Program-made: the position numbers and the translations under genes
The notes under the pieces: model-generated
Told to the model about the DNA's origin: nothing
Database searches by the model: none
Seen by the model: the letters and a program-made list of their open reading frames with translations, nothing else
Source: Nitrospirota bacterium
Lineage (GTDB): Bacteria > Nitrospirota > UBA9217
Assembly: GCA_963749655.1 (NCBI GenBank)
Contig: CAVVOB010000020.1
Span: 1 to 64,000 of the forward strand
Direction: 5' to 3'
DNA length: 64,000 nt
Part shown: positions 49,275-58,882 of the stretch, in pieces
Position numbering within the stretch: the first letter of the stretch is position 1
How the letters are laid out: each line of letters starts with the position of its first letter

Positions 49275-51776
49275 TCACGAGATATGCATCGGGCTCTTCC
49301 ATTGATCATTGTCCCGGTAAAACATGGCGACCCGTCTGGTTCTGACGAGTGTGCCCTGCTCCTGGCTGATGCCGAACAGCTGTTCGATCACATCCTGGAT
49401 GCGCGGCTTGACCTGGTCCCGATCGATGAGCGTGATGCGCAGCCCCGAGGCCCCGTCTTGGCCTGTAGTTTCGATGGCTTCGATTCCCGGCCTGATATCC
49501 TTCTGCTTCCCCTCTTTTGTGACGATCACCGATGTGCGCGCGAGCATCTCACTGATACGCTCCGCAGTCCTGCCTTGGTCCTGCTCCGGCGCTTGAGCTT
49601 CGTAAACATATCTGCTGATGCTGCCTGAAAGAGACGGCGCTTTCATCGGGACGGTTCGCGATTCGAGAATCCGCACGTCCTTCGGCAGGGTGTTGTTCAG
49701 GGCCCTTGCGATTTCCGCGGGATCTGCAAAGGGACTGGTTTCCATGTCGAAAAACTCAGAATCGCTCTCTATACCGACAGGCAATGCCGGGCCGAAGGAT
49801 ATCCGGGGATGGGGATTGAACCCCTGCGAGTACATGATCGGCGTCCCCGAGCGGACAGCGGCGCGGTGCACCATGGTCATGAAGTCGAGATGGGAGAGAA
49901 AGCGCAGGCGGCCCGTTTTCGAGTACTTCATCCTGATCCGAACGGCAAGGTCGGGCAGCTGAGCTTTGGTGCGTTCCGGGACCGGGACCGGCCTGTCCGG
50001 TGTTTTGCCGCCTTCTGCAACAGCAGGTTTGCCGAGCGTCGCGCTGCCGCCGTCAGCACATCCGATCCCGCAATGGACGCAGGAAACGCGGCAGTTGTCG
50101 GATATTTCCGCAGCCAGGGCCCGGTTGAATTCGTTCTTCAGGAATTCGCCGGTGACTCCTGTCTTAACGTAGCTCCAGGGAAGTTCTTCCTCCAGGCTGA
50201 AGGTCCTGCAGGCGTAGGCGGCAGGGTCGATGCCGCAATCCGTAAAAATTCCGGTCCACTTTCCGAAATCGAAATGCTCTGTCCAGCCGTCGAACCTGCA
50301 GCCCGCACGCAGGGCTGCCTCAATGACCCTTCCGAGTGTCCGGTCGCCACGCGCGAAAGCGCCTTCGAGCAGGCTTGTTTCCGGATTGTGGGCCTTCAGC
50401 GCAATGCCGCGTCTGCGCAGCCCTTTCGCAAGGTAGGCCTGTTTCGCGCGGACCTCGTCGATAGGCGCCTGCGCCAGCCATTGGAAGGGAGTATGCGGCT
50501 TGGGCACAAAAGTCGAAACGCTCACGTTGATCTGAATATGCCTTTTCGAGACCCTCTTGCCGAAGTTCAGGATTTCATTGGCGATCCGCACGATTCCGTC
50601 CAGATCCTCGTTCGTTTCAGTCGGCAGGCCGATCATGAAGTACAGTTTCAGAACGTTCCACCCGTTCTGAAATATGGTCTCTGCGGCGTCCAGGAGATCG
50701 AGATCGCTCACAGGTTTGTTGATGACGCGCCTGAGCCGCTCGGTGCCGGCTTCGGGCGCAAGGGTGAATCCGGTCTTGCGCGTGCCGGCGATGGCCTTGA
50801 TCATCTCCGGCGTAAGCGTGCCGACGCGAAGCGACGGGAGAGAAACCGAGACGCGGCTTTCCCGGTGCTTTTCCATGAGCTCGATGACGAGGGGCTGGAT
50901 CTCGGAATGGTCGCCGGAGCTGAGCGAGGCCAGGGAAAGTTCTTCGTACCCGGTGCAGCGGAGCGATTCCTCCAGCAGCCCCTTGATCCGGTCCGCGCTC
51001 CGTTCGCGGTAGGGGCGGTAGATGACGCCTGCCTGGCAGAACCGGCATCCGCGTATGCAGCCGCGGGCGATCTCCACGGTCACCCGGTCATGGATCGGCT
51101 TCATGAGCGGCAGGAGGGGGGCGTCGGGATAGGGAGCGGAGTCGATGGATTTCAGAAACCGCCTGCGCACAGTCTGTTTTCCGAGGGACGGTACGAAAAA
51201 ACCGATCCGCTTCGACAGTGCTTCGAACAGGGCATTTTTCGAAGTGTGCTGCTGGCGGAGATCCACGAGTTCCTGCACCGCTTCCTCGGCCTCGCCGATG
51301 AAAAAAACGTCGATAAAATCGGAAAGGGGCTCGGGATTGACGGCGCAGGGGCCGCCCGCCACGATGACGGGGTGGCTTTCATTGCGTTCCGCAGAACGAA
51401 GAGGGATGCCGGCCAGGTCCAGGCCCGCCAGCACGTTCGTGTAGGACAGCTCGTACTGCAGTGTGAAGCCGACAAGATCGAACGCAGCGACCGGGACATT
51501 CGATTCAAGGCTCTTCAAAACCTGTCCTGAGTCGCGGAGTTTCTGCTCATAGTCCGGCCAGGGGGAGAAGACCCGCTCGCACACCGTGTCGGGCCGCTTG
51601 TTCAGGATGTGGTAGAGGATGCGCAGGCCGAGGTGGGACATGCCGACCTCGTAGGCGTCGGGGAAAAAAAGGCAGACCCTGGTCGCAACCTGCGCGTGGT
51701 CCTTATGGACCGCGTTGATCTCGCTGTTGATGTACCGCGCCGGCTTTGAAACAAGGGGAAGAAAATCTTCGTACAC
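49275..51776 (-). CDS. B12-binding-like radical SAM protein fused to radical SAM-linked domain (TIGR03960/TIGR03936-type)
   Basis: KPARY, YEVGMS, RGCIRGCRFCQAG and APEAG; C-terminal RFLSHLD..YSQGFNPHPRISFG. Confidence 0.88.
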   Translation of the reverse strand: MYEDFLPLVSKPARYINSEINAVHKDHAQVATRVCLFFPDAYEVGMSHLGLRILYHILNKRPDTVCERVFSPWPDYEQKLRDSGQVLKSLESNVPVAAFDLVGFTLQYELSYTNVLAGLDLAGIPLRSAERNESHPVIVAGGPCAVNPEPLSDFIDVFFIGEAEEAVQELVDLRQQHTSKNALFEALSKRIGFFVPSLGKQTVRRRFLKSIDSAPYPDAPLLPLMKPIHDRVTVEIARGCIRGCRFCQAGVIYRPYRERSADRIKGLLEESLRCTGYEELSLASLSSGDHSEIQPLVIELMEKHRESRVSVSLPSLRVGTLTPEMIKAIAGTRKTGFTLAPEAGTERLRRVINKPVSDLDLLDAAETIFQNGWNVLKLYFMIGLPTETNEDLDGIVRIANEILNFGKRVSKRHIQINVSVSTFVPKPHTPFQWLAQAPIDEVRAKQAYLAKGLRRRGIALKAHNPETSLLEGAFARGDRTLGRVIEAALRAGCRFDGWTEHFDFGKWTGIFTDCGIDPAAYACRTFSLEEELPWSYVKTGVTGEFLKNEFNRALAAEISDNCRVSCVHCGIGCADGGSATLGKPAVAEGGKTPDRPVPVPERTKAQLPDLAVRIRMKYSKTGRLRFLSHLDFMTMVHRAAVRSGTPIMYSQGFNPHPRISFGPALPVGIESDSEFFDMETSPFADPAEIARALNNTLPKDVRILESRTVPMKAPSLSGSISRYVYEAQAPEQDQGRTAERISEMLARTSVIVTKEGKQKDIRPGIEAIETTGQDGASGLRITLIDRDQVKPRIQDVIEQLFGISQEQGTLVRTRRVAMFYRDNDQWKSPMHIS

Positions 51777-51784
51777 GATGACTC

Positions 51785-51852
51785 CAGGGTCCGGGGTCGG
51801 GGTCCAGGGTCGTTTTGATTCCTGGACCCTTGCTGCCGGACCCTTGCCCCTT
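51785..51852. repeat. Inverted ~7-mer tandem arrays (rodA-radical SAM spacer)
   Basis: AGGGTCC-GGGGTCG-GGGTCC-AGGGTCG ... TGGACCCTT...CGGACCC-TTGCCCC. Confidence 0.65.
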
Positions 51853-51858
51853 AGGTTT

Positions 51859-52989
51859 TTAGTAGAACAACATGAAGCGCCGTGCCTGGATATTCAAGAG
51901 CAGGCCGAGGGCGAGGAATGTGGCGATTATGGAGGTGCCGCCGTAGCTCACGAGGGGGAGCGGCACGCCCACAACGGGAACGATGCCGACCGCCATGCCG
52001 ATGTTGATGAATACGTAGAGCGAGATCATCGCCACGATGCCGGCGGCCATAAGTACGCCGAGCCGGTCCTTGGCGTTCCTTGCCGTGTCGACGCCGATCA
52101 GCAGCAGCGACAGATAGAGGACCACGAGAAGGCTCGACCCGATGAGGCCGGTCTCCTCGGCGATGACGGCGAAGATGAAATCCGTGTGGCGCTCGGGCAG
52201 AAAGGCCATCTGGCTCTGCGTGCCCTTGCGGTATCCTTTTCCCGAGATCTGGCCCGAACCGACGGCGATCTTTGACTGATTTGCATGGTACCCGCTTCCG
52301 AGAGGGTCGGAGCTCGGATCGATGAAGGCCTTGATTCGGTTTTGCTGGTAAGGCTTGAGCGAGCCCCAGATCTTGTGGCGGACCGGCGGCACGGCGAAGA
52401 CCAGCGTGGCGACGACGGCGGCGGTGAGAACAACGAGCATTACCGAGCGGAGGCGGATGCCTGCGATCACCACGATAAGGGTCGAGGTCAGAAGCAGCAT
52501 AAGCGCTGTGCCGAGATCAGGTTGTTTCAAAACAAGGACCAGGGGCACAAGAACCATGGCGACCGGGACTGCGAGATCCTTCAGATCGTACTGCCCCCGC
52601 TTCGGGTCCTCGGCAAAATACCGCGCAAGGGCCAGGGTAAGCGAGAGTTTGGCAAGCTCCGACGGTTGAAAAGCGAAAGGGCCGATGGCGAGCCAGCGCT
52701 GGGCGCCCATCCCTGTTCGTCCGAAAACCATAACAAGGAGCAGGAGCACGAGCGACAGTGCGTACAGGATGTAAGCAAAGCGGCCGACTGTATGATAGTC
52801 GGGAATGAGCGCCAGGAACATCGTAAGTACGCCGAGGGACACCCAGACGAGCTGCTTGGTGAAGAGCGAAGAGGGACCCCGCGCAGTATAGGTGGCGCTG
52901 TAGACAGCGGCCAGACCGATGCACGCAATGGCCGCGATCAGGGCGATCATGCCCCAGGGCAGGTTAGCGAACCATCTTTGACTCAGCAT
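51859..52989 (-). CDS. rodA: Rod shape-determining protein RodA (SEDS)
   Basis: GAQRW, QPSELAK, QPDLGT, LPERHTDFIF and PLVSYGG. Confidence 0.97.
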   Translation of the reverse strand: MLSQRWFANLPWGMIALIAAIACIGLAAVYSATYTARGPSSLFTKQLVWVSLGVLTMFLALIPDYHTVGRFAYILYALSLVLLLLVMVFGRTGMGAQRWLAIGPFAFQPSELAKLSLTLALARYFAEDPKRGQYDLKDLAVPVAMVLVPLVLVLKQPDLGTALMLLLTSTLIVVIAGIRLRSVMLVVLTAAVVATLVFAVPPVRHKIWGSLKPYQQNRIKAFIDPSSDPLGSGYHANQSKIAVGSGQISGKGYRKGTQSQMAFLPERHTDFIFAVIAEETGLIGSSLLVVLYLSLLLIGVDTARNAKDRLGVLMAAGIVAMISLYVFINIGMAVGIVPVVGVPLPLVSYGGTSIIATFLALGLLLNIQARRFMLFY

Positions 52990-54775
52990 TTTTCAGGTAC
53001 TCCTCAATGACTCTTCTGGCCACCGGCGCCGCGGCTGAGCCGCCGTGGCCGCCGTGCTCGACCAGGACGGCCACGGCGATCTTCGGATGGTCGACCGGTG
53101 CATAGGCGACAAACCATGCGTGGTCCTGGGTCTCAACAGAGAGTTTTCTGCCCGGGATTTTTTGTGCAATGACCTGGGCGGTCCCGGTCTTGCCGGCGAC
53201 CGTAGCGATCGGCGTCAGGGCTCCGTGTCCGGTGCCGCCGGGCTCTGCAACGACGCCGGCGAGACCCCGGCGGATTTCCTCGAGTACATTGGCATCAAGC
53301 TTCATTCTCCCCTTGCGTTCGGCAGGGAACGTGTTGACCACCCCGGTCTCCCTGTTTCGAGTCTGCCTCAACAGCATGGGCTTGTAGAAAAATCCGCCGT
53401 TCGCAACAGCTCCGATCATCTGACAGGCCTGGATCGGACTCACGAGGACGAATCCCTGGCCGATGGAGTTTATGTACGTGTCGCCGGGATACCAGGGCTC
53501 GCCGGTCCGTTTTTTTTTCCAGGCCTCCGTGGGGATCAGACCCGGCTTCTCGTCGGGCAGGGGGACGCCCGTCAGGCTGCCGAGGCCGAGTTGCCTTGCA
53601 TATTCGGCAACGCGGTCAAAACCGATTCGTTCGCCCATCGTGTAAAAGTAGACGTCGCACGATTGGACCAGGGCATCGTGGAACGAGATCTGCCCGTGGC
53701 CGCCTTTTTTCCAGCAGCGGAACGTGTGCCTGCCGCTCTGAAGGAAACCACGGCAGGAAATTTTTTCGTCGAGGTTGATCACCCCCGTTGCGAGGCCGGC
53801 AATCGCCACGACGATTTTGAACGTCGACCCGGGCGGGTAAACGCTCTGGATCGCCCGGTTGTAGAGGGGGTGCGCTTCATCGTTCATCAGCCGCACCCAG
53901 TCCTTGGGCGAGATGCCCCGGGGGAACAGGTTCGGATCAAAGTTGGGGTGGCTGGCGAGAGCGAGGATCTCCCCCGTGTTCGGGTCCATCGCCACGACTG
54001 CCCCGGCGCGCTCTCCCAGACCTTCTTCGGCCGCCTTTTGTGCGTCGAGATCGAGCGTCAGGTAAACATCCGTGCCGGGCCGGGGTTCCTCGATCCCGAG
54101 GTCCTTGACCTTTCTGCCCGCAGCGTTCACCTGGATCATGCGTCTGCCCGCAGTGCCGCGCAGATATTTGTCATAGATCTTTTCGATGCCGCCCTGGCCG
54201 ATCAGAAGACCCATGTCGGTCTGGGACTGTTTCCTCTGCGCCTGGGACACCTTGCCGAGGTAGCCGAGCTGGTGAGACGCCAGGCCGCCATAGGGATAAT
54301 GCCGGCGGTGCTCGGGTTCGACAATCGTGCCGGGAAGCTCTTCCTGGTGAGCCTCCACGACGGCCACGTCGTTCCAGGGTGCCTCTTCCACCAGCTTGAC
54401 CGGATCGTATTTGGACCTGACTGCCGCAGCATCATTCAAGGCAGTGCGAATCGACTCATCGTTGATGTGAACGAGGGAAGTTATCTTCGCGATCGTGCTT
54501 TCCAGTTCCGGAGCATCCTCGGGCACGAGCGAGATGTCGAAGGTGAGAACGTTTTCGACGAGCGGCCTGCCGTTGCGATCGTAGATGATGCCCCGGGGCG
54601 GCCGGAGCTTCACGGGCCTGATCCGGTTGCTTTCCGCCTGTTCGTAATAATAATCGCCCCTGATCGCCTGGAGGTACCAGAGCCGGATCAGGAGCGCAAC
54701 GCAGAACAGGATGATATAGACCGCAAGCAGCGGGAGCCTCTTCTGAAGATCGGTCGCTCCGTCCTGCTGGAACAT
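52964..54775 (-). CDS. mrdA: Penicillin-binding protein 2
   Basis: RGIIYDRNG, PGSTFK (SxxK), SCD and KTGTAQ. Confidence 0.96.
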   Translation of the reverse strand: MFQQDGATDLQKRLPLLAVYIILFCVALLIRLWYLQAIRGDYYYEQAESNRIRPVKLRPPRGIIYDRNGRPLVENVLTFDISLVPEDAPELESTIAKITSLVHINDESIRTALNDAAAVRSKYDPVKLVEEAPWNDVAVVEAHQEELPGTIVEPEHRRHYPYGGLASHQLGYLGKVSQAQRKQSQTDMGLLIGQGGIEKIYDKYLRGTAGRRMIQVNAAGRKVKDLGIEEPRPGTDVYLTLDLDAQKAAEEGLGERAGAVVAMDPNTGEILALASHPNFDPNLFPRGISPKDWVRLMNDEAHPLYNRAIQSVYPPGSTFKIVVAIAGLATGVINLDEKISCRGFLQSGRHTFRCWKKGGHGQISFHDALVQSCDVYFYTMGERIGFDRVAEYARQLGLGSLTGVPLPDEKPGLIPTEAWKKKRTGEPWYPGDTYINSIGQGFVLVSPIQACQMIGAVANGGFFYKPMLLRQTRNRETGVVNTFPAERKGRMKLDANVLEEIRRGLAGVVAEPGGTGHGALTPIATVAGKTGTAQVIAQKIPGRKLSVETQDHAWFVAYAPVDHPKIAVAVLVEHGGHGGSAAAPVARRVIEEYLKNAESKMVR

Positions 54776-55288
54776 TTACAGCTCCTTCTGAAGGTCTCGT
54801 CTCTTCAACATGGCGACAACGCCTTTTTTGTTGACAAAGCGAAGCACCACGACGCCGAGAACGCCGGTGTAGAGCGCTTGAGGCAGGAATCGGGTCCCCA
54901 CGAGACTGAAAAAGGGGACATCACCGTAGGTCACCTGGAGGAAAAAGGTGATCAGAAGGCCCTCTGCAAAGCTGAACAACGCAAGAAACAGAACGATTGC
55001 CGGACTGGTGATATCGAGCACCCGCGTGCCGAGGATGCCCACCGCGAGTCCTGTCAGCCCCCGGGTAAATCCTGAGAACCCGATCAGACTGGCCGAGCCG
55101 ATGTCCTGAACGAGGCCGATGCCGACGCCTGCAAGGGTCGCTTCGACCGGGCTGGTCAGCAGTCCGATGACGAACAGCACGGTAAGGGCCAGGTCGGGTT
55201 TGATGCCGCCGAGGGAAAAAGGGCCGAGCAGAGTCGCCTGGAAGGGTATGATCAGCAGGAGGACCGTGATATAGACGCGCGGCTTCAT
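54776..55288 (-). CDS. mreD: Rod shape-determining protein MreD
   Basis: Hydrophobic; KPDL and G..QD motifs; between mreC and mrdA. Confidence 0.88.
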   Translation of the reverse strand: MKPRVYITVLLLIIPFQATLLGPFSLGGIKPDLALTVLFVIGLLTSPVEATLAGVGIGLVQDIGSASLIGFSGFTRGLTGLAVGILGTRVLDITSPAIVLFLALFSFAEGLLITFFLQVTYGDVPFFSLVGTRFLPQALYTGVLGVVVLRFVNKKGVVAMLKRRDLQKEL

Positions 55289-56091
55289 TTCACAAGCACC
55301 AGTGCTTCTTCGAGGCGGGACAAGCTTACGGCGGGTTCCGCAATAACGGTCTGAAACGCCGCTGCTTCGTGCTTCGATACTTTTACGACCGTTGCCACGG
55401 CAAGGCCCTTCGGATAGACCCCGTCAAGGCCCGATGTGACCAGAAGGTCGCCTTCCTGTATGTCTGCATAATAGGAAACATACTTCAAGGCGCAATTAAC
55501 CAGTTTTCCCTCGAGGAGCCCCTCCTCGCGGTTCCGTTGGACCCGGACGGCAAGCGTGCTGCCGGGATCGGTAAGGAGAATTATCTTTGCCGTACCCGGA
55601 AGGACAGCCTGCACTTTTCCTACCACGCCCGTTTGAGAAATGACCGCCATGTCTTTCGCAACCCCGTCGTCAGAGCCCTTGTTGATCGTGACGGTGCTTG
55701 ATGCCGGGGACAGCGTTTTGCCGATGACCTGGGCCATGACTGCCGTCGGCGGCTGGATCTTTTTGAAGTTCAAGGCATCCCGCAGGCGTTCGTTCTCGCT
55801 CAGCAGCTCACCTGCGACCGCGTTTTCGATCCGCAGGCGGTCGATCTCATCCTGCAGCCTCTGGTTGTCGCGCTCGGTGTTGACCAGGAAAACGTAGCTT
55901 TTGCCGATCGAAACGACGGTGTTGAACGGCCAGGCGATGATACGCTCCAGAAATCCCGATATCGCCAGGACCGGTTTTTCCAGAAGCGAAAAACGACCGT
56001 TCTTCACCTGGAGGGTAAGCATCCAGAACAGGACTGTGAAGAGGAAGAGAATGACAAATAATTTTTTATGCCTAACAATAAACCCGTTCAT
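55285..56091 (-). CDS. mreC: Rod shape-determining protein MreC
   Basis: TM, coiled coil ENERLR, INKGS.DGV and VTSGLDGVYPKGL. Confidence 0.95.
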   Translation of the reverse strand: MNGFIVRHKKLFVILFLFTVLFWMLTLQVKNGRFSLLEKPVLAISGFLERIIAWPFNTVVSIGKSYVFLVNTERDNQRLQDEIDRLRIENAVAGELLSENERLRDALNFKKIQPPTAVMAQVIGKTLSPASSTVTINKGSDDGVAKDMAVISQTGVVGKVQAVLPGTAKIILLTDPGSTLAVRVQRNREEGLLEGKLVNCALKYVSYYADIQEGDLLVTSGLDGVYPKGLAVATVVKVSKHEAAAFQTVIAEPAVSLSRLEEALVLVK

Positions 56092-56219
56092 CCCGCAGTG
56101 CCGTTTCGGCGGCTACCCCCGGTAAAGATCGTCCGGCGCGTTCCAGCGGGCGCCATGGAGCTTGATACCCCGCATGCTGATCCGATTGTTCATTCGCAAT
56201 ACCGTCATCACCGGCAGGG

Positions 56220-57245
56220 TTACATCATGACCTTTTTCAGAATTTCCTCGTCGTCAAGGACCTTGCCGGCTCCCAGCGCAACGCACGTGAGGGGGTCCTC
56301 GGCGATGATGATCGGAAGGGATGTCTCTTCGCGCAGGAAGACGTCCATCCCTTTGAGGAGCGCGCCGCCTCCGGCCAGAACGATGCCCTTGTCCACAATG
56401 TCGGCTGAAAGCTCGGGCGGCGTGTTCTCGAGTGCCAGTTTGATGCCGTTCAGTATCTGGCTGACCGGCTCCGCGAGCGCTTCACGCACTTCATCGTCGT
56501 CGAGGATCAGCGTCTTGGGGATGCCGGAGACCAGATCGCGGCCCTTGATCTCCATGGTCTGGCGCGAGCTGTCGGTTTTGTATGCAGACCCCAGCTCCAT
56601 CTTGATCTGCTCGGCCATCATTTCGCCGATGAGCAGGTTGTATTTTCGCTTGATGTAGTTGATGATCGCTTCATCCATCTTGTCGCCGCCGACACGGATG
56701 GCCTTGCTGTAAACGACGCCGTCCATGGAGATGACGGCGATGTCCGTCGTGCCGCCGCCGATATCCACGATCATATTGCCCGATGGCTCCGAGATCGGAA
56801 GGCCCGTCCCGATCGCCGCGGCAACAGGCTCTTCGATGAGATAAACGTCACGGCCGCCCGAAGAAATGGCAGCGTCCTTCACGGCCCTCTGTTCCACCTG
56901 GGTGATGCCGGAAGGGACGCCGATCACGATCCGCGGCCGCATGAAGGACTTCCGGTTATGAACCCGCTGGATGAAGTATTTGAGCATTTCTCCCGTGTAG
57001 TCGAAATCGGAGATGACGCCGTCTTTGATCGGCCGTATGGTTTTTACATCGCCGGGCGTGCGCCCCAGCATCCGTTTTGCCTCCATACCGACCGCCAGGA
57101 CCTTGCCGGTCTTCGCTGATATGGCAACGACGGACGGCTCGTTGCACATGATCCCCTTGCCCTTGACGTACACGAGCGTGTTCGCCGTGCCGAGGTCGAT
57201 GGCCATGTCGTTTGAGAACCAGCCCATGATGGAATTGATAAACAT
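56220..57245 (-). CDS. mreB: Rod shape-determining protein MreB
   Basis: [21 protein letters not shown] and GGGALL. Confidence 0.98.
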   Translation of the reverse strand: MFINSIMGWFSNDMAIDLGTANTLVYVKGKGIMCNEPSVVAISAKTGKVLAVGMEAKRMLGRTPGDVKTIRPIKDGVISDFDYTGEMLKYFIQRVHNRKSFMRPRIVIGVPSGITQVEQRAVKDAAISSGGRDVYLIEEPVAAAIGTGLPISEPSGNMIVDIGGGTTDIAVISMDGVVYSKAIRVGGDKMDEAIINYIKRKYNLLIGEMMAEQIKMELGSAYKTDSSRQTMEIKGRDLVSGIPKTLILDDDEVREALAEPVSQILNGIKLALENTPPELSADIVDKGIVLAGGGALLKGMDVFLREETSLPIIIAEDPLTCVALGAGKVLDDEEILKKVMM

Positions 57246-57368
57246 TGTCAGCAACAACTCCTTTCGCGATGTAAAACCTGATCAGAGCGGGCAACGGGAC
57301 CGGTCAGCCGCGCCGGAAGCGGCAATGCCCGAAGTCCGCAGAACTTATTGATTGATGCCGGCGTTTGT

Positions 57369-57854
57369 TCATTCGGCGGTATGTGCCGGAGCCTCCTGTT
57401 GCTCAGGAGAAGCCGGCGGATCGGACTGCCTCGTCTGCGGGTCGTGCAGTGTTCCGGCGAGATCCCGGGTAACCACGGTGCGCGCAAGCAGATCGCCGAT
57501 CCGCATGCCGCGTTCATCGCCGAGGGCGGCCAGGCCTTCTGCGCCGATGATCAGCAGACCGAAGATCCAGCCTACGTAGGGGATCAGGAGGAGAAGATAT
57601 GCAACGGCGAAAGTTACATTCCTGATGATGGATTCCCGGTAGGACGCCGTCGGGCCCGTCTCGTCCGCTGCTGCAATCCGGAGCCCGATGATTTTCTTCC
57701 CCAAACTTCTTCCCGTGAACAGACCGTCTCGGGCGAGGATGTATCCCGTCGCGGAGAGTATTCCGAGAACGTCGGGAAGACGCGCCAGGCCGATGATGAT
57801 CAGGAAATCAACAAATCCTGCAATCGCTCTGGTTGTTAGGTCCGCCCGCTGCAA
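57369..57854 (-). CDS. RDD family membrane protein
   Basis: R.IA..VD, GRSLGK and RIGDLLART.V; TTG start with GGAGG RBS. Confidence 0.85.
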   Translation of the reverse strand: MQRADLTTRAIAGFVDFLIIIGLARLPDVLGILSATGYILARDGLFTGRSLGKKIIGLRIAAADETGPTASYRESIIRNVTFAVAYLLLLIPYVGWIFGLLIIGAEGLAALGDERGMRIGDLLARTVVTRDLAGTLHDPQTRQSDPPASPEQQEAPAHTAE

Positions 57855-57880
57855 GAAGCCTCCTGATTGAAAACCGCTTC

Positions 57881-57909
57881 ATACTATCAGAATGACAGGG
57901 CTATTTCAA
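57881..57909 (-). promoter_or_regulatory. Sigma70 promoter for the RDD-mreBCD run
   Basis: TTGAAA-17 nt-TAGTAT with extended -10 TG. Confidence 0.6.
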
Positions 57910-58316
57910 GGGTAAAAAAGGGCAAAACACGCGAACAGATCGCCGTCGCAACATGTAGGGGGATTTCTTCCCGCTGGTTTCGGCCGGTTTTTGTCCGCTT
58001 CTCGACCGTGGTCCGGCATTGTGCCGCTCCTGTTATTGACCATCAGCTCTTTGCCGCGGCCGCTTTGCTTTCTCTCTTCCAAAGGTATGCCCGATCAGTG
58101 CCGGGTAGGGGGCAAATACATGATAATAAGGGGGTCTTATTTTCGAGAAAATGAATTAGAGCTTTTCTTGTTCAAAAGGTGTATTATAGTGAGTCCGGTT
58201 CATCGCGAAGAGACAGAGTAGAACATTCCTATCATGATTTAAAAAATAATCCGTTTTAACAGGTATCCGGTTAAGAAGACAGAAACGTGCCCAAGAGGGG
58301 CAAGAAGGAGAATCGT

Positions 58317-58718
58317 ATGCTTGACAGACACTCAGCGGGTGACAATATCGCGTCCTATTGTACGAAATGCAAGCTGAACCTTGACCACGCAATCGTGGCA
58401 ATGGACGGAGAAACGATTGTCAAGGTGAAGTGCAAGACCTGCGGCAGTACGCATAAATTCCGGGACCCAGCGGATGTGAAAAAGCCCCGCACTGCCAGGA
58501 AAAAAGAAGATGCTGCGAAGGCGGCTGAAACACTGTGGGAATCCAGCCTCGCGACGGCAAAAGGCAAGGAGCGGTCCTACGACATGGGGGGCAAGTATCG
58601 TGTCGGCGACGTGGTGCTCCACAACACCTTCGGCAAGGGCGTCGTCCGGAAGATTTACCTGAACAAGTGCGATGTTCTCTTTAAGGATAAAGAGCGTCTG
58701 ATGGCTTCGGCGAATTAG
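58317..58718 (+). CDS. Hypothetical protein: Zn ribbon plus Tudor/SH3-like C-terminal domain
   Basis: CTKC..H...CKTC...H; C-terminal YRVGDVVLHNTFGKGVV; AAGGAG RBS. Confidence 0.85.
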   Translation: MLDRHSAGDNIASYCTKCKLNLDHAIVAMDGETIVKVKCKTCGSTHKFRDPADVKKPRTARKKEDAAKAAETLWESSLATAKGKERSYDMGGKYRVGDVVLHNTFGKGVVRKIYLNKCDVLFKDKERLMASAN

Positions 58719-58768
58719 CGCTCGAACCGGGAACCGAACGCGGCGGTTCGGAGAATAAGGATCGGATA

Positions 58769-58832
58769 ACCACGAAGAACATGAAGGCAAATAAGCGGAG
58801 CGGAGAACATGAGCCTTCGTGATCTTCGTGGT
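58769..58832. repeat. Inverted 9-mer tandem arrays
   Basis: ACCACGAAG-AACATGAAG ... CTTCGTGAT-CTTCGTGGT. Confidence 0.75.
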
Positions 58833-58882
58833 ACGAGCCGTCAGGCTTCTTCCCGGCATATCGCGGTAATCCTCAGCATTTC

